IMG/VR virus record: IMGVR_UViG_3300009694_000018
Direction: 5' to 3' (one strand)
Length of the DNA stretch: 64,000 nucleotides
Origin: an uncultured virus (IMG/VR IMGVR_UViG_3300009694_000018)
Lineage: Duplodnaviria > Heunggongvirae > Uroviricota > Caudoviricetes
A program made the translations under genes and the position numbers. Within the stretch, counting starts at the first letter, position 1. Each line of letters opens with the position of its first letter. A model generated the notes under the pieces. It ran no database searches and was not told the origin of the DNA. It worked only from the letters and a program-made list of their open reading frames with translations. Below are positions 19,846 through 29,082 of the stretch, one piece after another.

Positions 19846-21603
19846 ATGAATTTTATAGTAGACGGTGTGAAAGCACAAAAAAAATGGGCTCCTATCTTAG
19901 ACGCTCTTAAAGTTGTTGATGATGATAAAAGAGCATGGATGTCCGAATATGCAGAAATGCATCAAATGAATGAAAATGTTGGTTATGCAACATTGAATCA
20001 AAATGGTATGGGCAAAGTTCTAGCTCCCGTTATCTCTACAGTTCCTGGTGCCACTTGGCAAGGTGATGGAGTAATCGGTAGTGGTGACGTTGCACAAAAT
20101 CTTCTCCCTGTCGCAATGAAGATCGCAGCTCAAACGATTGGTTTGGATTTGGTTGGTGTTAAACCAACAGCTTCTCCAAGAATCGAACTCTTATTTGTTG
20201 ATTTCAAATATGATAACGCTTATGCTGACGGTATTCGCGAAACAGCTGACGCTAATCAAAGACCTTTGGTTTTTAAAGTTAAAGGTAATGATACAGCAGA
20301 AGATTTACTTTTAAAACAAGCTCTTCAATTACAACTTTCTTTATTGAGTATTCAAGAAAGAGTTGGTGGATTATCCAAGAGAACTTGGGTTCATATTGGA
20401 GCTGGTGGAGCAGTAGCTACAATGACAAATGGACCAGCAGTTGGTTCTTATACCGATTGGTTGGAATTTTTAGGATTTTCCAGAATTGATGGTTATCCAA
20501 TGTTTAGATGCTACAGACAAGCTGGTTTCTCAGTTGGTTCTTTGGTACCACAAGATTCTACAGGGGCTGCAAATTACCCATGGCAAACTGGAATGAATAC
20601 ATTCCCACAAACTGGCGCTATTACTACCTACTTATCAACTAATGATTTTGGTACTATAAGCGGTACAACTACTACAGGTTTAACAGCTGGTACATGGACA
20701 ATTGAATTGATTTCACTATTGGAAGATCACCTACCTGGATTTTCAGCTGGTTGGACATCTAATATGGAAAATGGCTGGGAAGGTCCTATGTCAAGATTCC
20801 AAGATGAAAAAACTTATCCTGGTGTTATTGGTCCTGATGTATTCACAAAATCAGTACAAGTAGGAGATGTTGAAATTTCATCAACATTGAAAAGAACTCA
20901 AATTGAAGATATCAAAGCCGCAACCGGTATGGATATTGTTCAAAAACTCGAAGGAGTTTTAATTAACGAACTTACCCAAGTTATTTCTAAAGAAATCGTC
21001 GGTAAAGTTAGAAACTTAGCTCTCAAGAATAGAACATCTTATACTGCTCCAAAAATGGCAGATGGTGTAACATCAAAATTCGACCTCAATGTTGATACAT
21101 ACGTAGCAGCTTTGAATACTGGAATGGGTGAAACAACTCACTCAATCCAAAGAAAACTTATTGCCAAAATCAATAACGCTTCTAACTTCATCGCTACTGA
21201 TGGTAGAATTGGACCAGCTCAATATTTAGTAACAAACGGTAACTTAGCTTCCGTTATTCAAGATATCGCTGGTTATACTATTAATCCAGTTAACGCTGGC
21301 AAATTAAATACCAACGGTCAACTTTATCCAATGGGTAATGTTGGTAATATCGCAATCTACGTTGATCCATACATGAGATGGGATGATAACTATATCTATT
21401 TAGGTAGAAAAAATAGTGTTGATCAACCAGGTCTTCTCTTTATCCCTTATTTAATGGCACAATCAATTTCCTTGATTTCCGAAGCGACGTGGGCACCAAG
21501 AATGTTGATCAGAAGCAGATATGCTGTTGCTGATATTGGATTCTTCCCAGAAAAACAATTCATGGCTATTAAGGTTACTGATTCTGAAGGTGTTCTTATC
21601 TAA
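19846..21603 (+). CDS. Major capsid protein, T4 gp23-like
   Basis: KKWAPIL N-terminus, AQTIGLDLVGVKP, IAIYVDPY, GLLFIPY, TWAPRMLIRSRYA; biased codon use; follows gp21 and precedes a terminator. Confidence 0.9.
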   Translation: MNFIVDGVKAQKKWAPILDALKVVDDDKRAWMSEYAEMHQMNENVGYATLNQNGMGKVLAPVISTVPGATWQGDGVIGSGDVAQNLLPVAMKIAAQTIGLDLVGVKPTASPRIELLFVDFKYDNAYADGIRETADANQRPLVFKVKGNDTAEDLLLKQALQLQLSLLSIQERVGGLSKRTWVHIGAGGAVATMTNGPAVGSYTDWLEFLGFSRIDGYPMFRCYRQAGFSVGSLVPQDSTGAANYPWQTGMNTFPQTGAITTYLSTNDFGTISGTTTTGLTAGTWTIELISLLEDHLPGFSAGWTSNMENGWEGPMSRFQDEKTYPGVIGPDVFTKSVQVGDVEISSTLKRTQIEDIKAATGMDIVQKLEGVLINELTQVISKEIVGKVRNLALKNRTSYTAPKMADGVTSKFDLNVDTYVAALNTGMGETTHSIQRKLIAKINNASNFIATDGRIGPAQYLVTNGNLASVIQDIAGYTINPVNAGKLNTNGQLYPMGNVGNIAIYVDPYMRWDDNYIYLGRKNSVDQPGLLFIPYLMAQSISLISEATWAPRMLIRSRYAVADIGFFPEKQFMAIKVTDSEGVLI

Positions 21604-21637
21604 TCAGACTATCAATAATTATATTATTATAGTAAAT

Positions 21638-21673
21638 AAAAAAGATCCGGCAATGTGCTGGATCTTTTTTTTT
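21638..21673 (+). terminator. Terminator after the major capsid gene
   Basis: AAAAAAGATCCGGCA-ATG-TGCTGGATCTTTTTTTTT. Confidence 0.85.
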
Positions 21674-23622
21674 GTTCAAACTTTGTTTATTCATATGAAT
21701 ATAATAATTTGAACTTTAAAATTAATATATATAATAGAAAAAAACCAATAACTTCCAATGATAAAAAATCACAATATTGATATTAAAGTTCATAATAAAA
21801 ATTTATCTTATTATAAAAATTATAATAATAGTATCAAATCTGGTGATACTATTAATATTGATATAAAAAATTTACCAAAATATTCTAAAGTTAGAATAGA
21901 TGTTATTTGCGATTCGTGTGGAAAAGAAAAAAAGATAAGATATTTCGATTATAGAAAAATCACTAAAGATTTATCTGATAAATATTATTGTGCGGAATGT
22001 AAATGGGAAAAAACTAAGTTGACAAATATTCAAAAATACGGAGTAGAAAATGTTTTTCAAGATGAAAATATAAAAAATAAAATAAAAAAAACAAATATAG
22101 AAAAATATGGTGTTGAATATTACTCAATGACAAATGAATATAAAGAAAAAACTAAAAATGAATGTTTAAAAAAATATGGTGTAGATCATCCATTGAAAAA
22201 TAGAGAAATTTTACAAAATTTAAAAAATACTAATTTGAAAAAATATGGAGTAGAATGCACGTTACAAAATGATGAAGTTAGATTGAAAATAATAAAAACT
22301 AATATAAAAAAATATGGGGTCGATGTTCCTTTGAAAAATAAAGAAATCGTTAACAAATTAATAGAAACAAATATAGATAAATATAAAGAACGTTCACCCT
22401 TGCAAAATATGGAAGTAAGAAAAAAATCTTTACAAACACTAATGAGTAATTATGGTGTATATAATCCGATGAAATCCGATATAATCAAAGAAAAATCAAA
22501 GAAAACCAAAATTGAGAATATTTTAAAAAAATTCGAAAATATTAATATTATTAAAATAGATTCTTCTAATTATACTTTTAAATGCGATTGTAGAGAATCA
22601 CATGAATTCACAATATCTTCAATGTTATTGTATAATAGATTAAAATGTAAAACTAAATTATGTACTGTGTGCAATCCAATTAATAGTTATAATAATTCAG
22701 GCTTTCAAATAGATTTTATTGATTTTATAAAATTAAATTATTGTGGTGAAATATTGAGTAATAATAGAGAAATTATAAAGCCTTATGAGATAGATATATA
22801 TCTTCCAGAACTCAAATTAGGATTTGAATTTAATGGTGTTTATTGGCATAATGAATTATATAAATCAAATAATTATCATTTAGAAAAAACAGAACTATCC
22901 GAAAAAAATGGAATTAAACTCATACATATTTACGAAGACGATTGGATCTATAAACAAGATATAGTAAAATCTAGAATATTAAATATCTTAGGCGAATCAA
23001 ATAAAATATATGCTAGAAAATGTGAAATAAAAGAAATAAATACAATATCATCTAAAACATTTTTAGATGTCAATCATATTCAAGGACACGTAGGTTCGAA
23101 AATTAAAATAGGACTTTTTTACGAAAATGAACTTGTTTCTCTCATGACATTTGGATCTTTAAGAAAATCAATGGGTCAAAAATCAACAGCGAATTCATAC
23201 GAATTATTAAGATTTTGTAATAAATTGAATACTAATGTTGTGGGAGGAGCTAGTAAACTTTTTAAATATTTCATTGAAAAATATAATCCGATAGAAGTAA
23301 TTAGTTATGCTGATAGATCTTGGTCATCTGGTCATTTATACAAAATATTAGGTTTTAAACTAGAACATAAAACCAGACCAAATTATTATTATGTAATAGA
23401 TGGAATTAGAATGCATCGTTTTAATTTTAGAAAGGATAAATTAATAAAAGAAGGTTTTGATTCAAATAAAACAGAACACGAAATAATGTTAGAAAGAAGA
23501 ATCTATAGAATATATGACTCGGGACATTTAAAATTCAAATTTAATTCTTAGGATTTTTTTTTGTTCAAACTTTGTTCATTCATATGAATATAATAATTTG
23601 AACTTTGAAAATTGATATATAA
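21661..23622 (+). repeat. ~70-bp direct repeat (21661-21732 and 23552-23622) preceding two tandem endonuclease genes
   Basis: TTTTTTTTGTTCAAACTTTGTT(T/C)ATTCATATGAATATAATAATTTGAACTTT(G)AAAATT(A/G)ATATATA occurs twice. Confidence 0.9.
21758..23551 (+). CDS. Hef-like homing endonuclease paralog
   Basis: CDSCG, KYGV repeats, EIDIYLPELKLGFEFNGVYWH, GNAT-like C-terminal domain. Confidence 0.75.
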   Translation: MIKNHNIDIKVHNKNLSYYKNYNNSIKSGDTINIDIKNLPKYSKVRIDVICDSCGKEKKIRYFDYRKITKDLSDKYYCAECKWEKTKLTNIQKYGVENVFQDENIKNKIKKTNIEKYGVEYYSMTNEYKEKTKNECLKKYGVDHPLKNREILQNLKNTNLKKYGVECTLQNDEVRLKIIKTNIKKYGVDVPLKNKEIVNKLIETNIDKYKERSPLQNMEVRKKSLQTLMSNYGVYNPMKSDIIKEKSKKTKIENILKKFENINIIKIDSSNYTFKCDCRESHEFTISSMLLYNRLKCKTKLCTVCNPINSYNNSGFQIDFIDFIKLNYCGEILSNNREIIKPYEIDIYLPELKLGFEFNGVYWHNELYKSNNYHLEKTELSEKNGIKLIHIYEDDWIYKQDIVKSRILNILGESNKIYARKCEIKEINTISSKTFLDVNHIQGHVGSKIKIGLFYENELVSLMTFGSLRKSMGQKSTANSYELLRFCNKLNTNVVGGASKLFKYFIEKYNPIEVISYADRSWSSGHLYKILGFKLEHKTRPNYYYVIDGIRMHRFNFRKDKLIKEGFDSNKTEHEIMLERRIYRIYDSGHLKFKFNS

Positions 23623-25585
23623 ATGTAATAATTTGAACTTTAAAGAAATGATTTTAACAGAAAAAATAGAAATAAAAACAACGAATAAAAATATTGGTTA
23701 TTATAAAAAAATAGGATTTGATATTAATTCGGGAGATGTTATTGAAATAATTCCAGAACAATTACCTGAAACATCTAAAATAAAAATTGATGTAAAATGT
23801 GATAATTGTGGTAAAAATTTAAATATTTCATATTATTCTTATTTAAGAAACACGAAAGATAATAAAAATTATTATTGTAATAAGTGTTCATTTATAAAAG
23901 CAAAAGATACCAATTTAAAAAAATATGGATTTGAATCTCCATTACAAAGAGTAGATATAATTGAAAAAATTAAAAATTCGAATAAAATTAAATATGGTGT
24001 GGAATTTCCATCACAATCAAAAGAAATAAAAGAAAAAATAAAGAAAACATGTTTAAATAAATATGGTGAAACTTCATATATGAAAACTGAACAATTTAAA
24101 AATTCTTTTAAAGTAAAATACGGGGTAGATTGTCCTTTAAAAAAAGAAGAATTTTTAAACAAATTTAAAAAAACCAATTTAGAAAAATATGGATTCATTA
24201 CACCTTTAAAATCTGAAATAATTAAAGATAAAATATCAAAAACAAAAAAAGATAAGTACGGAAATGAAAATTTCAATAATAGAAAAAAATACAAAGATAC
24301 TTGTTTAGAAATTTTTGGTTTCGAAAATCCAATGATGAATCCTGAAGTACAGAACAAATTAAAAAAAGTAATGTTAGACAAATACGATGTTGAATTTCCG
24401 TCACAACATGAATATTTCTTCAAAAAAATGTTGAAAAATGGATTTAAAATAAATAAATATAAAGATTTATATTATCAAGGCAGCTATGAATTAGATTTTT
24501 TAGAAAAATATTACCATATAGGAATTAAAAGACATAATAGTATTAAATATATTTATAATAATAAAGAGCATATATATTTTCCTGACTTTTATTTTGAACC
24601 ATTAAATTTAATTATTGAAATCAAATCAAAAAAATGGTACGATGAAAATTTAGAAAAAAATTTAGCTAAACAAAAATCTTGTCAAGAACAAGGTTATAAT
24701 TTTATTTTTTTAATCGATAAAAATTATGAAGTATTTAACAAATTAATTAAATTTCATATATATAATAAAAAACATTCATGGCAATATGACATTAGATTAA
24801 ATACAATAAATGAATTTAAAATAGAAAAAAAATTAAATGTTTCTGATTTTACATTTGAATACGTTCCTGATAATAACAAAATATTATGCGATGAAGTTAA
24901 AATTTTTATAGAAAAATATGAATGGTTAGGAAAAATGCCAAATAGACCAACACACAGATTTATAGCCAAATATGAAAATAAATTAGCTGGTGTTGTTATT
25001 ATGGCCACGCCCAATCAATTTTCTAAATTGTTGGGTGATAATACAAGTCAATTAGAAAAATTAATAAGTAGGGGGGCATGTGCGTCATGGACACCTAAAA
25101 ACTTAGCTTCATCTTTAATAATGTGGTCTATAAAATGGATGGTAAAGAATACACAATTTAGAATTTTTACTGCTTATTCTGATCCAGATGCTAAAGAACT
25201 TGGAACTATTTATCAAGCCTGTAATTTTATATATTTGGGACAAAAGTATGGAAGTAATAAAATATATTTCGATTTAAATAAACCTCATTTGGATTGGTTT
25301 TCTAGTAGATATTTTCATAGAAGGAGTATGTATAAGAAGATGGCTAAAAAATTGAATATTGAAATTACTTGGAATAAAGTCAGTGAAATTCCGTTAGATA
25401 CTAAAAAATTATTAAATTTGGAGATAGAAAAATACGAAAAATCATGTATAAATAGAATAGCCACACCAAAACATAAATATGTTTACATACTGGGCAATTG
25501 TAAAAGAGAAACAAAAAAAATGATTAACGAATTCGAAAAAAGAAATTCTAAACTGTTAAATTTGGAATATCCAAAAAACAGATAA
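23612..25585 (+). CDS. KYG-repeat / PD-(D/E)xK nuclease fused to a Mom-like GNAT DNA-modification domain (likely start at ATG 23648)
   Basis: YQGSYE..F...YFPDFY...IIEIKS nuclease; FIEKYEWLG...PKNLAS...AYSDPDAKELGTIYQACNFIYLG resembles the Mom family. Confidence 0.65.
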   Translation: MIYKCNNLNFKEMILTEKIEIKTTNKNIGYYKKIGFDINSGDVIEIIPEQLPETSKIKIDVKCDNCGKNLNISYYSYLRNTKDNKNYYCNKCSFIKAKDTNLKKYGFESPLQRVDIIEKIKNSNKIKYGVEFPSQSKEIKEKIKKTCLNKYGETSYMKTEQFKNSFKVKYGVDCPLKKEEFLNKFKKTNLEKYGFITPLKSEIIKDKISKTKKDKYGNENFNNRKKYKDTCLEIFGFENPMMNPEVQNKLKKVMLDKYDVEFPSQHEYFFKKMLKNGFKINKYKDLYYQGSYELDFLEKYYHIGIKRHNSIKYIYNNKEHIYFPDFYFEPLNLIIEIKSKKWYDENLEKNLAKQKSCQEQGYNFIFLIDKNYEVFNKLIKFHIYNKKHSWQYDIRLNTINEFKIEKKLNVSDFTFEYVPDNNKILCDEVKIFIEKYEWLGKMPNRPTHRFIAKYENKLAGVVIMATPNQFSKLLGDNTSQLEKLISRGACASWTPKNLASSLIMWSIKWMVKNTQFRIFTAYSDPDAKELGTIYQACNFIYLGQKYGSNKIYFDLNKPHLDWFSSRYFHRRSMYKKMAKKLNIEITWNKVSEIPLDTKKLLNLEIEKYEKSCINRIATPKHKYVYILGNCKRETKKMINEFEKRNSKLLNLEYPKNR

Positions 25586-25608
25586 AGATTATACAAAAAG
25601 AAATAAAT

Positions 25609-26043
25609 CTAAATCATTCTAAAAGTTTTAGTTTCATTTACTGGCCATAAATATTTACCATTATTAAAACCATTATCTTCTGGAAATTTTGGTAAATAAA
25701 ATTCTGGATATTTTTCAATAAGTCTGCTGCGCATTGCCCTGTGGAAATTTTCATTACCTAACCACCACGGGGATATTAATTTATTTTCATCCATCTTAAA
25801 TAAATTATAATTATTTTTATATCCTCTTTTCACCCATTCAATTACAATGTTATTAAAATATAGTTTCAACATTTCATCGTATCCGAGCCACATTTTTACA
25901 GCTGGATGATTTATCCAAGAATTCTTAGTGCCCATTAAAATATCTAATATTTGGGACGCTTCTACTCTTTGTTTTCCTAATCTTTTATAATCCAATACTT
26001 CTGAGGTTTTTTTGAAGTCAGAATATGGTAAAAAAGTTTGCAT
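25609..26043 (-). CDS. Pyrimidine-dimer DNA glycosylase / DenV-like family protein
   Basis: MQTFLPY...LDYKRLGKQRVE...HPAVKMW.GY...PWWLG...H. Confidence 0.8.
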   Translation of the reverse strand: MQTFLPYSDFKKTSEVLDYKRLGKQRVEASQILDILMGTKNSWINHPAVKMWLGYDEMLKLYFNNIVIEWVKRGYKNNYNLFKMDENKLISPWWLGNENFHRAMRSRLIEKYPEFYLPKFPEDNGFNNGKYLWPVNETKTFRMI

Positions 26044-26106
26044 TTAATTTAATTTTGACAAAATTAATAATTTTTTTTATATTTGCAAAAATAATATATA
26101 ACAACA

Positions 26107-26654
26107 TGAAATTAATGTTTATTACGGGTTCTTGTAGAATGAGAGATGAACAAAACAATTTAATGCCATTTGTTCGCAGTCAACACTTTATAAATGTTTT
26201 CACTATGTTCGGTGACAAATTAATTTATCCTGAAATTTATTGGTATGAGGGAGATGTTCTTTTTCCACATTTAGAAAAAATAATTGAAAAAGAACATCCA
26301 GATATGATAATTGGTTATTCGGCAGGTGGTCATCTTGGTTTCCACCTCTGTAATAAATATAATTTGAAAGGTTTACATTTTAATCCGGCCATTGCATCAA
26401 CCAGTGAAGCACCTACTCTACAAAGATTACCACAAGATTATTTAGATATTCAAGTTAATAATGATCAAATGATGATAATTGGTGAAAGAGATAGAAAATA
26501 CAACGGTGGTGTTGATGGGCATCTTGTTATTAGTTATTTAGAAAGTAAAAAATTCAATGGACAAATTCTTATCATTCCGGGTCTAGAACACGATGTTCCT
26601 CTTCAATTATTTAAAATGGCGTTTGAATATTTCAGAGACATATATTTTGGCTAA
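26107..26654 (+). CDS. YqiA/YcfP-like alpha/beta hydrolase
   Basis: GYSAGG nucleophile elbow, FNPA, C-terminal His; start placed at ATG 26107 after AATATATA (26093). Confidence 0.7.
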
Positions 26655-26994
26655 TACTTTTCATTTTAATGAATTTAAATATTCTTTCTATCATGATTAT
26701 ATAAAATGATATTATAATAGAAGTTGTTGTTAATACATAATATCTTAAAATTATCATTAAAGTTATTCTATTCAATATCATTAATATAAATTCATTTAAA
26801 AATGGAATAAATAGAAATAATATTATTAATAAAATTGGTAAAGTAAATAAAGAATATTTCTTATATTTTCTAATTCTTGCCTTTTTCTTTTCGTATTTAT
26901 AACATAATGACATTACATTATCGATAAATTCATTTGAGCAATGATCTTCATTTGAATTTAATATTAATTTCCCTATATAATCTATTTTATTCAT
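26632..26994 (-). CDS. Hypothetical membrane protein
   Basis: Two hydrophobic segments. Confidence 0.5.
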   Translation of the reverse strand: MNKIDYIGKLILNSNEDHCSNEFIDNVMSLCYKYEKKKARIRKYKKYSLFTLPILLIILFLFIPFLNEFILMILNRITLMIILRYYVLTTTSIIISFYIIMIERIFKFIKMKSISQNICL

Positions 26995-27241
26995 TAAAAT
27001 CAGCTTCTCTTGGTGTTATTGGCTTTAAATTTTCAATATTAATGGTGTCATAAAAATCTTCAAAAGTTGCTTCATTAGGAGTAATGGGTATTATATCTTT
27101 AATTTTAACTTCATTTTTTTGGAAATGAATATTTTCTATTTTAGAGTCTTTAATGTCGGCTATTGTGATATTAAAAATAAACATTAAACTTATTGTAATA
27201 ATTGTTTTCTTCATATAATTTATTTTTAAAATTAGACACAC
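26987..27241 (-). CDS. Small exported protein with a repeated PITPxEAxF motif
   Basis: MKKTIITISLMFIF signal-like sequence; PITPNEATF and PITPREADF. Confidence 0.5.
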   Translation of the reverse strand: MCLILKINYMKKTIITISLMFIFNITIADIKDSKIENIHFQKNEVKIKDIIPITPNEATFEDFYDTINIENLKPITPREADFNE

Positions 27242-27286
27242 ATATTACAAATAAGTTACAATTTATTTTTCAAAAAATATTTAAAA

Positions 27287-28096
27287 TTAAAAATTATGTT
27301 TTTTTTCTGCTTCACTAATTCTTTTTATAATCCTAAAAAGATCTCTCATTTCTGATATTTGTCCATTTTTAATATTAGAATATATTATATCTTCATATGA
27401 TTTTAAATCTATACTGTTAATGAAATCCATGTGCTTATGAATAGGTATAATTTTTTCTTTATTTTCATCAGCGTAGCAATATTCAGAATGAACATCGTCA
27501 TCGTCTTCGTGATAGTGTGTATAGAAAGCGAATGTTTTTATTATTCTGGAATTAAATTTTTTTCTTAAAAATTCATCTATTTTATCTCTAGTTCCGCCGG
27601 ATACAAAACTATCGTCTATAAATATAAAATCTTTATATGATATATCATTAAATCTTTTTTTCAGAATTTCAATTTTATTATTTTCATCTTCTTTAACTTT
27701 TCTAATTTGTCCACTGACCACGACCAAATTGTTGTTGAATTTTATAACTTTATCTTCGATTAATTTATATATCCATTTTCCAAAATCGCCGGATGTGATT
27801 ATATCAAAATAAAACGCCTGTTTTTGAATTATTTTAAACATCTGTTTAATTAAATAAATATTTTCAGGTTTTATAATAAAATCGTCTATATTTTCAAGAA
27901 AGGGAAAAGTGAAAACAGATATTTTTTCATTTTTATAAATTTCATTCACAAAATTAATAAAAATTTTAAGATTTTCTTTTTTTTCAATTGTTTCATTTTT
28001 ATCAGAATAGATATCTTTATCTAGTTGAACTTTATTTTTCAAAAGATCATTTATATAACTTTTAAGTTTATTCATCGTCTTCGTCCTCGTATTCAC
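27287..28096 (-). CDS. Type I phosphoribosyltransferase-fold protein
   Basis: PRPP-binding motif FIFIDDSFVSGGT. Confidence 0.6.
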   Translation of the reverse strand: MNTRTKTMNKLKSYINDLLKNKVQLDKDIYSDKNETIEKKENLKIFINFVNEIYKNEKISVFTFPFLENIDDFIIKPENIYLIKQMFKIIQKQAFYFDIITSGDFGKWIYKLIEDKVIKFNNNLVVVSGQIRKVKEDENNKIEILKKRFNDISYKDFIFIDDSFVSGGTRDKIDEFLRKKFNSRIIKTFAFYTHYHEDDDDVHSEYCYADENKEKIIPIHKHMDFINSIDLKSYEDIIYSNIKNGQISEMRDLFRIIKRISEAEKKHNF

Positions 28097-29081
28097 TTTT
28101 TGGATTTAGAATAATTGGATATTTATCATTAACTTTTAAAACTCCATATTCTTTGGTATCGAAAAGAATTATTATTTCTTTATCTGAATACAAAAAAGCA
28201 GGAACAAAACCACATATTTTACCTTTGTATTTTTTAACTTTTTTTGATTTTGTTACAAATTCAATATCTCTATATCTTAATTTATCCATCACATATTTCC
28301 TGCCTTTGCGTAAATATTCATTCCATAATTGTACCGTGGTGATTTTTTCTTTTTGATCTAAATTTTCTGAAATATTATCATCATCATTCCAATCTTCTTC
28401 GCCATAAGGATCTTCGGCAGTAAATATTCTCTTTTTTTCTTTTCTTTTTTGAAGTTCAATCATTTTTTCACTAACTTGATCTTTAGTTAAATATGGTAAC
28501 ACATCATCGTAAATATTTTCTCCTCTGTAATCAAAACACATCATTTCGTATGTGTCTTTAGAGTTTGAATACACTTTTTCACCAAATAATAAAGATACAC
28601 TATAACCATTATCGAAATCCATTTTGGCAATTTTTACATCGTCTACATATGGATGATCTTTAAAAACGAGATCATCAAATGTCAAATAATTATTTTCGTT
28701 TAAAAAATTTTTATATTTTATCTTTTTTTTCTGAACTATATTTTCGTTATTCCAATCTTCTTCGCCATAAGGATCTTCGGTAGTAAATATTCTCTTTTTT
28801 TCTTTTCTTTTTTGAAGTTCAATCATTTTTTCACTAACTTCTTCTTTAGATGAAAATAGTAGAATGTATTTACTTTTCTCATGATCAAAATAGAACATAC
28901 TATATTCACTTCCCGGTAGATATTTATCATCGAGTCTAAATACCGATAGAACATATCCGTTATTGAAGTTTATTTTATCAAATTCTGTATTCAGTTGTGG
29001 ATGATATTTAAAAACGAGATCATCAAATGTCAAATAATTATTTTCGTTTAAAAAATTTATATATTTTTTAAATGAATACAT
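28068..29081 (-). CDS. Modular protein with a duplicated ~120-aa unit ending in EDPYGEEDW
   Basis: NFLNENNYLTFDDLVFK...SEKMIELQKRKEKKRIFTxEDPYGEEDWN occurs twice. Confidence 0.8.
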   Translation of the reverse strand: MYSFKKYINFLNENNYLTFDDLVFKYHPQLNTEFDKINFNNGYVLSVFRLDDKYLPGSEYSMFYFDHEKSKYILLFSSKEEVSEKMIELQKRKEKKRIFTTEDPYGEEDWNNENIVQKKKIKYKNFLNENNYLTFDDLVFKDHPYVDDVKIAKMDFDNGYSVSLLFGEKVYSNSKDTYEMMCFDYRGENIYDDVLPYLTKDQVSEKMIELQKRKEKKRIFTAEDPYGEEDWNDDDNISENLDQKEKITTVQLWNEYLRKGRKYVMDKLRYRDIEFVTKSKKVKKYKGKICGFVPAFLYSDKEIIILFDTKEYGVLKVNDKYPIILNPKSEYEDEDDE

Positions 29082-29082
29082 T

